Positions 27,731 to 37,666 of a DNA stretch of 64,000 nucleotides are shown here, in pieces; position 1 is the first letter of the stretch; every line of letters starts with the position of its first letter. The notes beneath the pieces are model-generated. The model saw only the letters and a list, made by a program, of their open reading frames with translations, did not search any database and had not been told where the DNA came from. The stretch is from Alphaproteobacteria bacterium (lineage in GTDB: Bacteria > Pseudomonadota > Alphaproteobacteria > MPNO01): positions 2,208,001-2,272,000 of the forward strand of contig OZ219866.1 of the NCBI GenBank assembly GCA_964291675.2. Reading direction: 5' to 3'. A program made the translations under genes and the position numbers.

Positions 27731-29710
27731 TCAGCCGAACAGCAGCGGCTGGTGCCAGAAGACGTTCATCACCCTGCCGTAGAAGAGGTAGAGAAACGCC
27801 CAGCCGGCGGCCGCGTAGCCGAGAGACACGGTCCACCCGTACCCGCCCCAGCGCCGCAGATAGGCCGCGACGAACAGCGGCAACGCCACCATCTGGCCGA
27901 ACAGGTAGCCGATTGCGAGCAGGGCGGTCAGGTAGCCGAAGAAAACGCACGCCCTCCCCAGCACCGCGTTCTCGGTATCGACCGCGGCCACGACCCGAAA
28001 GCCCCCGGCCTTTGCCGCCGCCTCGCGCAACGCCCGGCCCTCGATGCACAGAACGGCGAGCGACAGCGCCGCTGCCGGAATGGCCGCCGTCAGCGGAAAC
28101 TGGCGCACCATGGCGGGCCAGGCGAGCGACTCGATTGCGGCCCAGACGAACAGCGCCGTCATCGCCGCAGCCAGCGGGACCGAGACGGTGAGATTGCGTT
28201 CCGTCCCCTCGCCGATGGCCGGCCCGTCCGGCCGGCGCCTCGATGTCGCGTATCGGTAGGCGGACAACGCCAGCGTCAGCACCACCAGGGCGGCGATCAC
28301 CAGGACGATCGGCCGGCCGAGCCAGCCCGGGCCCGCATACACCCGCATGCTGATGTGGAACGCGTTTTCGAGGATGGGCCCGAGGATCAGGGCGAGCACC
28401 AGCGGCGGCCGGGGCCAGCCGCCGCGCTTCATGACGAAGCCGACAACCCCGAGCGCCAGGCAGGCCATCCAGTCGCCCATCGACGCCCCGCCGAGCCACG
28501 CCCCCATGAATACGAACAGGATCACCCCGGGGACGATCAGGTGGCCCCGGATGAAGGCGACCTTGGCGACCTGGTTGCTCCAGACCATCAGCAGCCCGGC
28601 GACCAGGATGTTGGCGATCACGATGGTCCAGATCATGCTGAAGGTGAGGTCGAGCTTGTCGGTCAGCATTTCCGGGCCGGGCTTGAGGCCCTGGATCAGC
28701 AGCGCCCCCATCAGGATGGCGGTGCCGAGGCTGCCCGGGATGCCGAACGCCACCATGGGCAACAGCGCGCCGCCCCGCGTGGCGTTGTTGGCGGCCTCCG
28801 GCGCGATCACGCCGCGGACGTCGCCGCGCCCGAACATCGATGCGTCCTTGGCCGACTGGACGGCGTGCCCGTAGGCGAACCAGTCGACCACCGCCGCGCC
28901 CAGCCCCGGCAGCATGCCGACATAGGTGCCGAGCGCGGCGCAGCGCAGCGTCAGCCACCAGTGCCGGAAGGCGTCCCTGATTCCCTCCAGCATGCCGCCG
29001 CCCTGGGTCTGCTCCCTGGGGATGCGGGCGATCGAGGAATCGCGGATCGCGAGCTCCATCAGCTCGGGAATCGCGAACAGGCCGAGCACCACCGGGATCA
29101 GCGGCAGCCCGTCGAGCAGATAGGTGGTTCCCATCCAGTAGCGCGGGATCGCCGCCATCTCGGCATAGCCGATCATCGATATCATCAGCCCGAGCAGGGC
29201 GACGATCAGCCCCTTGAGGATCGAGCCGCCGCTGAGCGAGCCCACCATGGCGAGGCCGAGGACCCCCAGCATCAGCAATTCGGGCGATCCGAAGGCGAGG
29301 ATGATGGGGAGCACCAGCGGGATCGACGCCGCCAGGATCAGCGCGCCGAACACCCCGCCGAAGGCGGAGACGGTGAACGCGGCGCCGAAGGCGCGGGCGG
29401 CCTTGCCCTGCTGCGCCATCGGGTAGCCGTCGAGGATCGTCGCCTGCGACGCGGCGGTGCCGGGAATCCCCAGCATCACCGAGGCGATGGTGTCGCTGGT
29501 CGAGGTGACCGCGAACATGCCGAGCAGCAGCGCGAAGGCGGAGACCGGGTCCATCCCGTAGGTGAAGGGCAGCAGGATCACCAGGCCGATGATGCCGCCG
29601 AGCCCGGGGACCGCGCCGAGCCAGATCCCGAGGAGCACGCCGAGCACCAGAAAACCGATCGCCGGCCACTGGAACACCAGCACGAGGCCGTCCAGCACGG
29701 CATCGATCAT
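27731..29710 (-). CDS. tctA: TTT large permease TctA with fused C-terminal TctB-like domain
   Basis: GAVPGLGG, GIPGT, DGYPMAQQG.A, GVIAPEAANNA, FGIPGS, PLVLALILGP..E, plus ~170 aa of extra TM helices. Confidence 0.9.
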   Translation of the reverse strand: MIDAVLDGLVLVFQWPAIGFLVLGVLLGIWLGAVPGLGGIIGLVILLPFTYGMDPVSAFALLLGMFAVTSTSDTIASVMLGIPGTAASQATILDGYPMAQQGKAARAFGAAFTVSAFGGVFGALILAASIPLVLPIILAFGSPELLMLGVLGLAMVGSLSGGSILKGLIVALLGLMISMIGYAEMAAIPRYWMGTTYLLDGLPLIPVVLGLFAIPELMELAIRDSSIARIPREQTQGGGMLEGIRDAFRHWWLTLRCAALGTYVGMLPGLGAAVVDWFAYGHAVQSAKDASMFGRGDVRGVIAPEAANNATRGGALLPMVAFGIPGSLGTAILMGALLIQGLKPGPEMLTDKLDLTFSMIWTIVIANILVAGLLMVWSNQVAKVAFIRGHLIVPGVILFVFMGAWLGGASMGDWMACLALGVVGFVMKRGGWPRPPLVLALILGPILENAFHISMRVYAGPGWLGRPIVLVIAALVVLTLALSAYRYATSRRRPDGPAIGEGTERNLTVSVPLAAAMTALFVWAAIESLAWPAMVRQFPLTAAIPAAALSLAVLCIEGRALREAAAKAGGFRVVAAVDTENAVLGRACVFFGYLTALLAIGYLFGQMVALPLFVAAYLRRWGGYGWTVSLGYAAAGWAFLYLFYGRVMNVFWHQPLLFG

Positions 29711-29967
29711 CGCCCGGCCCCCGGTTCTCCGGGCGTGCCGGCCGGGTCGCGGCTCGGGACGTAACGCACCGAACCGGCCGCGCAAACCTCCCCGACCGCT
29801 TCGGAACGCAGGATGCGGTTAGCCATGTCCGCATGATAACCGCCGACGCAGAGGCTGCGCGCCCCTTCGACCGTCATGCGATCCGCCTCATTAGTAAATT
29901 GACTTCATAGCGGCCGGGCGGACACTGTGACACGAGACCGGCCAACGCCGCGGGGGGAGGATCTGCC

Positions 29968-30903
29968 ATGCCAAGGGCCGTCGATCTGTCGCATGTCGTT
30001 TATCGGGTCGCCGACCTGGACTCGATGGAGACGTTCATGAACGACTTCGGGTTGGCCACGGCGCAAAAATCGCGCGACGCGCTCTTCCTGCGGACGGCGG
30101 GGCCCGCGCCCTACGTCCATGTCAGCCTTCCGGGCGAGGAGAACCGCTTCGTCGGCGCCGGCTTCAGGATGCAGTCGCGGGCCGATCTGGACACCCTCGC
30201 CGGGCTCCCCGGCTCTTCGCCCGTCGAACCCATAGAGGACGCGCCGGGCGGCGGCTGGCGGGTTCGCATGACGGCCCCGGACGGTTTTCTGATCGACGCG
30301 GTATGGGGGCAGGAAGAGGCGGAAATCCTGCCGCATCGGCCGCCCAACCCGTTCAACTGGGGCGAGCGCAAGGAGCGGGTGAACCGGTTCCTCAGGCCGA
30401 AGCGGGAGCCGGGGACGGCTCTGCGCCTGGGGCACTTCGTCCTTGCCGCGAGCGACCACGACGCCATGCTGGACTGGCTGTGCGAGCGCTTCGGTCTGCT
30501 CACCTCCGACGTGATGTGCACCCCGGACGACGAGTCCCGGGTCATCGGCACCTTCATGCGGCTCGACCGCGGCGACGAGCCGGTCGACCATCACTGCATT
30601 CTCATCACCCAGGCCGGAACGGTCGGGGTGCACCATTGCAGCTTCGAGATGCAGGACATCGATTCGGTGATGGGGGCGCACGACTACCTCAAATCGAGAG
30701 GCTACGAGCACGATTGCGGCGTCGGCCGCCACCTCATCGGCAGTCAGATCTTCGACTACTGGCGGGACCCGTTCGGCTTCCGCGTCGAGCACTACACCGA
30801 CGGCGATGTCGGCAACGCGGATTACGAGACCGTCCGCTACGCCGTGTCGATCGAGGACACGACGCAATGGGGCATGGATCCGACGCCCGACTTCTTCGAC
30901 TGA
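29968..30903 (+). CDS. VOC superfamily protein, type I extradiol ring-cleavage dioxygenase-like
   Basis: Two VOC domains; LGHFVL, DHH, HHCSFE, GVGRH..GSQIFDYWRDP.GF.VEH (His/His/Glu metal ligands). Confidence 0.85.
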   Translation: MPRAVDLSHVVYRVADLDSMETFMNDFGLATAQKSRDALFLRTAGPAPYVHVSLPGEENRFVGAGFRMQSRADLDTLAGLPGSSPVEPIEDAPGGGWRVRMTAPDGFLIDAVWGQEEAEILPHRPPNPFNWGERKERVNRFLRPKREPGTALRLGHFVLAASDHDAMLDWLCERFGLLTSDVMCTPDDESRVIGTFMRLDRGDEPVDHHCILITQAGTVGVHHCSFEMQDIDSVMGAHDYLKSRGYEHDCGVGRHLIGSQIFDYWRDPFGFRVEHYTDGDVGNADYETVRYAVSIEDTTQWGMDPTPDFFD

Positions 30904-30940
30904 CGATCCGCCCCGCCCAACCGGCACCGAGGTCCGCACA

Positions 30941-31354
30941 ATGGCAGACAAGATCGAACGATTCGTGTCCCCGAAGGTCGCGGAGTACCCGCCCGGGCAC
31001 TGGTCCAACTGCCTTCGCGTCGGCGACCACATCTGGCTGTCGGGCTTCACGGCGAGAGACGCCGACCTGAAGACGATCGGCGGCAAGGGCAGCGCCTACG
31101 AACAGGCGAGAATCGTCTTCGCCAAGGTGAAGGACTGTCTCGAAGGGGCGGGAGCTTCGATGGGGGATGTGGTCAACATGACGATCTACCTGACCGACAT
31201 CGCCGACAACCGGGAGGTCTGGCGCGCGCGCCGGGAGTTCTTCACGGGCGACTTCCCGTGCTCCACCCTGGTCGAGGTATCGGCGCTGGCCGATCCCGAC
31301 ATCCTGGTCGAGATCACCTGCCAGGCGATGGCGGGGAGCGGCCATGACCGATAG
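30941..31354 (+). CDS. Rid (YjgF/YER057c/UK114) family protein lacking the RidA Arg
   Basis: WLSG, AYEQAR, GASMGDVV, FPCSTLVEVSAL, LVEI. Confidence 0.85.
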   Translation: MADKIERFVSPKVAEYPPGHWSNCLRVGDHIWLSGFTARDADLKTIGGKGSAYEQARIVFAKVKDCLEGAGASMGDVVNMTIYLTDIADNREVWRARREFFTGDFPCSTLVEVSALADPDILVEITCQAMAGSGHDR

Positions 31355-32879
31355 CGCCGCGGTTCCCCTCACCGGGAAGGAATATCTCGACAGCCTCGAC
31401 GACGGCAGGGAAGTCTGGATCTACGGCGAGCGCGTCGCGCGGATCGCCGAGCATCCCGCGTTCCGCAACGCCGCCCGCATGGTCGCCCGGCTCTACGATG
31501 CGCTGCACGATCCCGAGCGCCAGCACATCCTCACCGAGCCGACCGAGTGGGGCGGCTTCACCCACCGGTTCTACCGCGCTCCCCACACGGTGGAGGACCA
31601 GGTCGCGCAGCGCGATGCGATCACCGAATGGCAACGCATCGCCTGGGGCTGGATGGGCCGCTCGCCCGACTACAAGGGCTCGTTTCTCGGCACGCTGGGC
31701 GCCAATGCCGGCTTCTATCGGGGCTTCGAGGAGAACGCCGCAAGGTGGTACCGCAAGGCGCAGGAACGCACCTGGTACATCAACCACGCCATCATGCACC
31801 CGCCCGTCGACCGTCACTTGCCGACGGCCGACGGATCGGACGTCTTCGTGCGGGTGGAGAAGGAGACCGATGCCGGGATCTACCTCAGCGGCGCGAAGGT
31901 GGTGGCGACCAACTCGGCGCTCACCCACTTCACCTTCGTTGCCCATATCGCGCAGGTGCCGATCGCCGATCCCGATTTCGGGCCGGTGTTCATGGTCCCC
32001 ACCGGAGCGCCCGGGGTGAAGCTGCTTTGCCGGGTTTCCCACGAATACCGGGCTGCCGCGCTCGGCAGCCCGTTCGACTACCCGCTGTCCTCCCGGCTCG
32101 ACGAGAACGACGCCATCCTGGTGCTCGACAACGTCTTCGTCCCATGGGAGGACGTCTTCATCCACGGCGACCTGGAGCAGTCCAACAAGTTCAATGTCGG
32201 GTCGGGGTTCCTCGAGCGGGCCTCGCTGCACGGTTGCACGAGGCTCGCGGTGAAGCTCGACTTCATCTGCGGCCTGCTCGCGCGGGCGCTCGAGATCACC
32301 GGCGCCGAGACCTTCCACGGCGTCCAGTCCAGGTTCGGCGAGGTGATCGCCTGGCGGAACGCGTTCTGGGCCCTCTCCGATGCCATGGCCAAGAGCGCCG
32401 TGCCCTGGAACGGCATGATCCGTCCCGACGAGCACTTCGCCGGCGCGTATCGGGTGCTGAGTCAGGAGGCGATGCCGAAGATCAAGAACATCATCGAGCA
32501 GATCGTCGCGGCCGGGCTGATCTACATGAACTCGCACACCGCCGACTTCAAGGCGCCCGAGATCCGCGGCTATCTCGACCGCTATCTGCGGGGCTCGGGC
32601 GGGACCGGTGCAGAGGAGCGGGTCAAGGTGATGAAGATGCTGTGGGACTCGATCGGGTCCGAGTTCGGGTCCCGGCACGAGCTCTACGAGATCAACTATA
32701 TCGGCAGCAACGACATCACCCGCCTGACCAATCTCTGGGCCGCGCAGGGGACGGGGAATCTCGCCGATTTCAAGGCCTTCGCCCAGTCCGCCATGGACGA
32801 GTACGACCTCGACGGCTGGACCGCGCCCGACCTCGTGAACCCCGACGATGTGTGCATCCTCGACCCGAAGCGGGGCTAA
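31344..32879 (+). CDS. 4-hydroxyphenylacetate 3-hydroxylase family FADH2-dependent monooxygenase (HpaB-like)
   Basis: TGKEYLDSL.DGREVWI.GERV, GWMGRSPDY, GAKVVAT, DYPLSSR.DEND, EFGSRHELYE. Confidence 0.9.
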   Translation: MTDSAAVPLTGKEYLDSLDDGREVWIYGERVARIAEHPAFRNAARMVARLYDALHDPERQHILTEPTEWGGFTHRFYRAPHTVEDQVAQRDAITEWQRIAWGWMGRSPDYKGSFLGTLGANAGFYRGFEENAARWYRKAQERTWYINHAIMHPPVDRHLPTADGSDVFVRVEKETDAGIYLSGAKVVATNSALTHFTFVAHIAQVPIADPDFGPVFMVPTGAPGVKLLCRVSHEYRAAALGSPFDYPLSSRLDENDAILVLDNVFVPWEDVFIHGDLEQSNKFNVGSGFLERASLHGCTRLAVKLDFICGLLARALEITGAETFHGVQSRFGEVIAWRNAFWALSDAMAKSAVPWNGMIRPDEHFAGAYRVLSQEAMPKIKNIIEQIVAAGLIYMNSHTADFKAPEIRGYLDRYLRGSGGTGAEERVKVMKMLWDSIGSEFGSRHELYEINYIGSNDITRLTNLWAAQGTGNLADFKAFAQSAMDEYDLDGWTAPDLVNPDDVCILDPKRG

Positions 32880-35262
32880 CCCCGCCGGGAGCGAGCCCGG
32901 GGCCGGCCCCGTCCGCGACCGGCCGAACCACCAGGGCATCGGTGCGGCGGTTCCGAGGCTGGAAGACAGGCGGCTGCTGACCGGACACGGGCGCTATGCC
33001 GACGACGTCCGCGTCGAAGGCCAGGCCCGCGGCTACGTGCTCCGCTCGCCGCTGTCGCATGCGAGGATAAGGCGTATCGACGCCAGCGGGGCGATGGGCG
33101 TCCCCGGCGTCGTCGGCGTGTTGACCGGCGCGGATTACGCGTCCGACGGTCTGGGCCGGATCCCCTGCGTCAGCATCCCGCCCAGCATAACGGGCGGGCC
33201 CTATCACCCCACCCCCTTTCCGCCGCTTGCCTCGGACCGGGTGCTGACCGTCGGCGCCGGCGTGGCGTTCGTCGTGGCGGAGAGCCTCGCCGCGGCCGCC
33301 GAGGCGGCCGAGCGGATCGTCGTCGACTACGAACCCCTCGATGCCGCGCCCACGGTCGAGGCGGCGATCGCGCCCGACGCCCCTCTCGTCTGGCCCGACG
33401 CCGCGGGCAACCGCTGCTTCGTGCACGAGCTGGGCGACGCCGAGGCGACCGCGCAAGCCTTCGCCCGGGCCGAGCACGTGACGCGGGCCCGGATCCGCAG
33501 CCAGCGCCTCGCCGGCAATCCGCTGGAGCCGAGGGCCTGCATCGGCAGCTACCATGTCGGGCAGGAGCGCTGGCACCTGACCACCTCGGGCGCCAACCCG
33601 CACCGCATCCGCCTGTTGCTGGCCGAGCACATCTTCCGCGTGCCCGCGTTCCGCATCCGCGTCGTCGCCGGCGATCTCGGCGGCGGTTTCGGGACCAAGG
33701 GCGGGCTCTACCCCGAGGAGATCCTGGTCCTGTGGGCGGCAAAGCGCATCGGGCGTCCGGTCAAGTGGGTGAGCGACCGGAGCGAAGCCTTCGTCTCGGA
33801 TTTCAACGGCCGCGACCAGATCGCCGACGCCGAATTCGCGCTCACCGCCGAGGGCGACGTGCTCGGCGTGCGCGTGGCGGTGCATCACAATCTGGGCTGC
33901 CAGCTCGGCCCGTCCACCGCGCATCCGCCTCTGGTCGGCACGCGCATGCTGTCGGGCGTCTACGCCTTCCCGGCGATGCACGTGACCGTGAATGGCATTT
34001 TCACCAACACCTGCACGCTGACCACCTATCGCGGGGCCGGACGCCCGGAGGCGACGATGATCCTGGAACGGATGATGGATCTCGCCGCCGCGGAGCTCGG
34101 GCTCGACCCGGTCGAGATTCGCCGTCGCAACCTCATCGCGCCGGACCGGATGCCCTATCGGACGTCGATCGGCGAGACCTATGACTGCGGCCAGTTCGAG
34201 GCGATCTTCGACCGCGCGCTCGACCAGGCCGACTGGCACGGGTTCGAAGCCCGGCGCCGGCAGAGCCAGGCGCGCGGCAGGCTGCGCGGCCGCGGCGTGT
34301 CGATGTATGTCGAGGTCTGCGCCACCATCAGCGAGCGCATGGAGATCCGCTTCGATCCGACCGGAGGGCTCAGCATCCTGGCCGGCACCTTCTCCTACGG
34401 GCAGGGCCACGAGACCAGCTATCCCCAGATGGTCAACGAGTGGCTGGGCATGCCGCTGGACCGCATCCGGGTCGTCCAGGGCGATACCGACACGATCGCC
34501 ACCGGCCGCGGCAGCTTCGGTTCGCGCAGCATGACCGTGGGCGGCTCGGCGCTCAAACGGGCGTGCGAGCAGGTTGTCGAGCGCGGGCGCATCGCGGCCG
34601 CCGTTCTGCTGGGTGTCGACCCGGACGAGCTGCGCTTCGCGGACGGCGCCTACGCCACCGCATCCGGCGAGAAGCAGATCGCTCTCGACGCCGTCGCCCG
34701 GGCCACGTTTGCGTGGGCGTCTCCCCGCCCCTTGCCGCCCGAGCTGCGATCCGGCCTGGAGGGTCGCGGCTACTTCACCGCCGATCCGCAGAACTATCCC
34801 AACGGATGCTATGCGGCGGAGGTGGAGGTCGATCCGGAGACCGGCCAGGTCGAGCTCGTCGCGGTGTCCGCCGTCGACGATGTCGGCGTCGTCATCAACC
34901 CCCTGATCCTGGAGGGGCAGGTCCATGGCGGGATCGCGCAGGCCGCCGGCCAGGTGCTCAAGGAGGCCGTCGTCTTCGATGGCGACGGCCAGCTCCTGAC
35001 CGGCTCGTTCCTCGACTACGCGATGCCCCTGGCGGCCGACTTCCCCGATTTCCGCCTCGGCTCGCGCCCGGTTCCGACCGCGACGAACCCGCTCGGCGTG
35101 AAGGGCGGGGCCGAGACCGGTACGGTGGGCCTGCCGCCGGCGATCGTGGCCGCCGTCGTCGATGCCCTGCGCCCGCTCGGCGTGCGCGACATCGACCCGC
35201 CGGTCACGCCGTTCGCGGTATGGAAGGCGATAGCGGATGCCAAGCAGGGAGGCGCGGTTTGA
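32848..35262 (+). CDS. Xanthine dehydrogenase family molybdopterin-binding subunit (CoxL/CutL-like)
   Basis: R.ED.RLLTG, GGGFG.K, YRGAGRPE, GQGHET, GSFGSRS, GQVHGG, KGGAE; the only in-frame start overlaps the upstream gene by 32 nt. Confidence 0.9.
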   Translation: MCASSTRSGANPAGSEPGAGPVRDRPNHQGIGAAVPRLEDRRLLTGHGRYADDVRVEGQARGYVLRSPLSHARIRRIDASGAMGVPGVVGVLTGADYASDGLGRIPCVSIPPSITGGPYHPTPFPPLASDRVLTVGAGVAFVVAESLAAAAEAAERIVVDYEPLDAAPTVEAAIAPDAPLVWPDAAGNRCFVHELGDAEATAQAFARAEHVTRARIRSQRLAGNPLEPRACIGSYHVGQERWHLTTSGANPHRIRLLLAEHIFRVPAFRIRVVAGDLGGGFGTKGGLYPEEILVLWAAKRIGRPVKWVSDRSEAFVSDFNGRDQIADAEFALTAEGDVLGVRVAVHHNLGCQLGPSTAHPPLVGTRMLSGVYAFPAMHVTVNGIFTNTCTLTTYRGAGRPEATMILERMMDLAAAELGLDPVEIRRRNLIAPDRMPYRTSIGETYDCGQFEAIFDRALDQADWHGFEARRRQSQARGRLRGRGVSMYVEVCATISERMEIRFDPTGGLSILAGTFSYGQGHETSYPQMVNEWLGMPLDRIRVVQGDTDTIATGRGSFGSRSMTVGGSALKRACEQVVERGRIAAAVLLGVDPDELRFADGAYATASGEKQIALDAVARATFAWASPRPLPPELRSGLEGRGYFTADPQNYPNGCYAAEVEVDPETGQVELVAVSAVDDVGVVINPLILEGQVHGGIAQAAGQVLKEAVVFDGDGQLLTGSFLDYAMPLAADFPDFRLGSRPVPTATNPLGVKGGAETGTVGLPPAIVAAVVDALRPLGVRDIDPPVTPFAVWKAIADAKQGGAV

Positions 35263-36011
35263 AAGCGGACGCGACGCCGGTCGTGAAACCCATCGGCGGG
35301 GCCACGCGGGCGCGTCTGTTGCGATGCGGCGCGGCGAATCTGAGCAACGCCCTGCTCAGGCGCGGGCTGCGCAACGCCTTTCTGCCCGGCCTGTCGCCGG
35401 TTGCGCCCGACCAGGAACCCATGGTGGGGCCGGCCTTCACGCTGCGCTTCATTCCGGCGCGCGAGGACATCGATTCGATGGACCTCTACGCGCGCGAGGA
35501 CAGCCTGCACCGGCGCGCCATCGAGGAGTGCCCCCCGGGCGCGGTGCTGGTGATGGCCACGGGGGGCGATGCCCGGGCCTCGGCGATGGGCGATTTGATG
35601 GCGCTTCGACTGCGCATGCGCGGCGTCTCCGGGGTGGTCACCGACGGTGGATTTCGCGACTCGCCAGGGATCCGCGATACCGGCCTGCCGTGTTTTCAGC
35701 TTCAGGGCTCGGGGCCGCCCACGCCGATCGCCCTGCATCCGGTCGAGTTCAACGCGCCCGTCGGCTGCGCCGGGGTCGCCGTTTATCCGGGCGACGTCAT
35801 CGTCGGCAACGGCGAGGGCGTGGTCGCGATCCCCCGGCACCTTGCGGACGAGGTGGCCGCCGAAGTCGCCGGGGAGGTCGACTACGAGGCGTTCGTGAGC
35901 TTCCAGCTGAAGCGCGGCCGCTCCATTTTCGGCCTGTTCCCGGCGACGGCGGAGAGCCGCAGGGAGTACCAGGCCTGGCTGGCCGACGGACGCCGCCAAT
36001 CGGAGGACTAG
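35259..36011 (+). CDS. RraA-like / HMG-CHA class II aldolase family protein
   Basis: MVGPAFTLRFIPARED, GDLM, VTDGGFRD, V.PGDVIVG..EGVV.IP; TTG start overlapping the previous stop. Confidence 0.85.
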   Translation: MKADATPVVKPIGGATRARLLRCGAANLSNALLRRGLRNAFLPGLSPVAPDQEPMVGPAFTLRFIPAREDIDSMDLYAREDSLHRRAIEECPPGAVLVMATGGDARASAMGDLMALRLRMRGVSGVVTDGGFRDSPGIRDTGLPCFQLQGSGPPTPIALHPVEFNAPVGCAGVAVYPGDVIVGNGEGVVAIPRHLADEVAAEVAGEVDYEAFVSFQLKRGRSIFGLFPATAESRREYQAWLADGRRQSED

Positions 36012-36014
36012 AAG

Positions 36015-36446
36015 ATGACCGACACATCGTCCCAGGAGTCGCTGGCCAAGTCGCTGGAGCTGCTGATCCACCGGGACGGCCTGGATCCGGAACAGTGGCT
36101 CGACTTTCCGGATTACGGGCTCAGGCAGTACTTCCTCTGGAAGAACCCGGAGACCGGCGCCAGCATCGCCCTGGTCGAGTTCGAGAAGGGCGGGCACATA
36201 CCGGTCAAGCACACCCATGCGTCGAACCAGTTCATGTATTGCCTGGAAGGCGACTACGAGTACACCGATGTCGGCTTGCGCCTGAAGCCCGGCTCCTTCT
36301 ACATGAACCCGAAGGACCATCCCCACGGTCCGACGATCGCGCACGAACGCAGCCTGCTGATCGAGATCTACGACGGCCCGCACTACTACGAGCGGCCGGA
36401 ATTTCACACCGACGAGACGATCGGCGAGTTCCTCGCCAAGGACTAG
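36015..36446 (+). CDS. Cupin domain protein (ChrR-like/cupin_7)
   Basis: HTHASNQ..YCLEG, GSFY.NP...PHGP. Confidence 0.8.
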   Translation: MTDTSSQESLAKSLELLIHRDGLDPEQWLDFPDYGLRQYFLWKNPETGASIALVEFEKGGHIPVKHTHASNQFMYCLEGDYEYTDVGLRLKPGSFYMNPKDHPHGPTIAHERSLLIEIYDGPHYYERPEFHTDETIGEFLAKD

Positions 36447-36677
36447 CGGGTTTTTCGGAAGCGCTCATCGTGTTGTTGCGGGTGGACGGGTGCGACCGGA
36501 GGCGTCCCGATCTTCGCCATGGCCATCGCGCGGCGCGCGTGAAGGGCGAAGCGGGGAACCGGCCGGCGGCGGGGCTTGCACGGCCGCAAATCCGCCGCAT
36601 AAGATGCTTTGCCGGATGCGCCTGAGCCTTCCTTGTTCGAGGTCCCGGACTGTCCCAACGCCGATGGGGAGGGACAC

Positions 36678-37610
36678 ATGGTAACGAAGCACGAATTCTG
36701 GTCGCGCGTTTTCACCTTCGTCCCGACGCCGCTCAAGGACGACGGCGAGGCGATCGACGAGGACGGCCTGCGGCGCGTGCTCGATCACCAGATCGAGAAC
36801 CGCGTGGACGGGGTCTGCGTGTTCGGCTCGACCGGCGGCAACGGCTCGTTCTCCGAAGACGAGATGAAGCGCGGCATCGAGGTCGCGGCGCGGCACGTGG
36901 ATGGCCGCATCTCCGTGATCGCGGGCACCGGCGCGCGCACCACCTCCGGCTGTACGCGGCTCTCCCAGCATGCCGGGGCGGTCGGTTGCGACGGCGTGAT
37001 GATCCTGCCGATGACCTACTGGCCGCTGACCCTCGACGAGGTGCGCGCGCATTACGAGCGCGTCGCCGACGCGATCGACTTGCCGATCTGCGTCTACAAC
37101 AACCCGTGGACCACCGGCATCGACATGCCGCCCGAGTTCCTGGCCGAGCTCGCGCGGCACGAGAACATGCGCTGTATCAAGGAGAGCACCGGGGATCTCG
37201 CGCGGATCAGCGCGATCCGCAGGCTGACCGGCGACGGTGTCGCGATCGTCGCCGGCTGGGAGTCGACGAGCCTCCAGGCGTTCAGCGCCGGCGCCACCGG
37301 CTGGGCACCGGTCGTCACCAATTTCCTGCCCGACCTTGCGATGGCGTTCTTCCGTGCCGCGGTGCATGACCACGACCTCGCCGGAGCGCGCGCGATCTGG
37401 GACCGTTTGTTCCCGATCTGCGAGCTGATCTGCGCCAAGTCGCATATCCGGGTGGGGCATACCGGGCTCGACATTCTGGGCCGGCCGGTCGGCCCGCCGC
37501 GGCGGCCGCTCGGAATGCTCGACGAAGAAGACCGCGCGAGGCTGCGATCGCTGCTCGAAGCCGCGGGCGCGTTCGGCGCGGAGGCCGGCGCGGGGATCGC
37601 GGCCCAGTAG
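36678..37610 (+). CDS. DapA-like class I aldolase/lyase
   Basis: PTP, GSTG, AGTG, YNNP..TG, IKESTGD (Schiff-base Lys), G.PRRPL. Confidence 0.88.
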   Translation: MVTKHEFWSRVFTFVPTPLKDDGEAIDEDGLRRVLDHQIENRVDGVCVFGSTGGNGSFSEDEMKRGIEVAARHVDGRISVIAGTGARTTSGCTRLSQHAGAVGCDGVMILPMTYWPLTLDEVRAHYERVADAIDLPICVYNNPWTTGIDMPPEFLAELARHENMRCIKESTGDLARISAIRRLTGDGVAIVAGWESTSLQAFSAGATGWAPVVTNFLPDLAMAFFRAAVHDHDLAGARAIWDRLFPICELICAKSHIRVGHTGLDILGRPVGPPRRPLGMLDEEDRARLRSLLEAAGAFGAEAGAGIAAQ

Positions 37611-37666
37611 CGGGCCGGCGAAACCCGCCGCGGCTCGTGCGCCACTGACGGGAGGAGCAGGCGGAC

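Noticed and set aside
32848-35262. Bona fide aerobic CO dehydrogenase CoxL
   Set aside because: The active-site loop is YRGAGR rather than AYxCSFR, and coxM/coxS are absent.
36678-37610. Biosynthetic dapA
   Set aside because: GSTGG instead of GTTGE, and it sits in a catabolic cluster.
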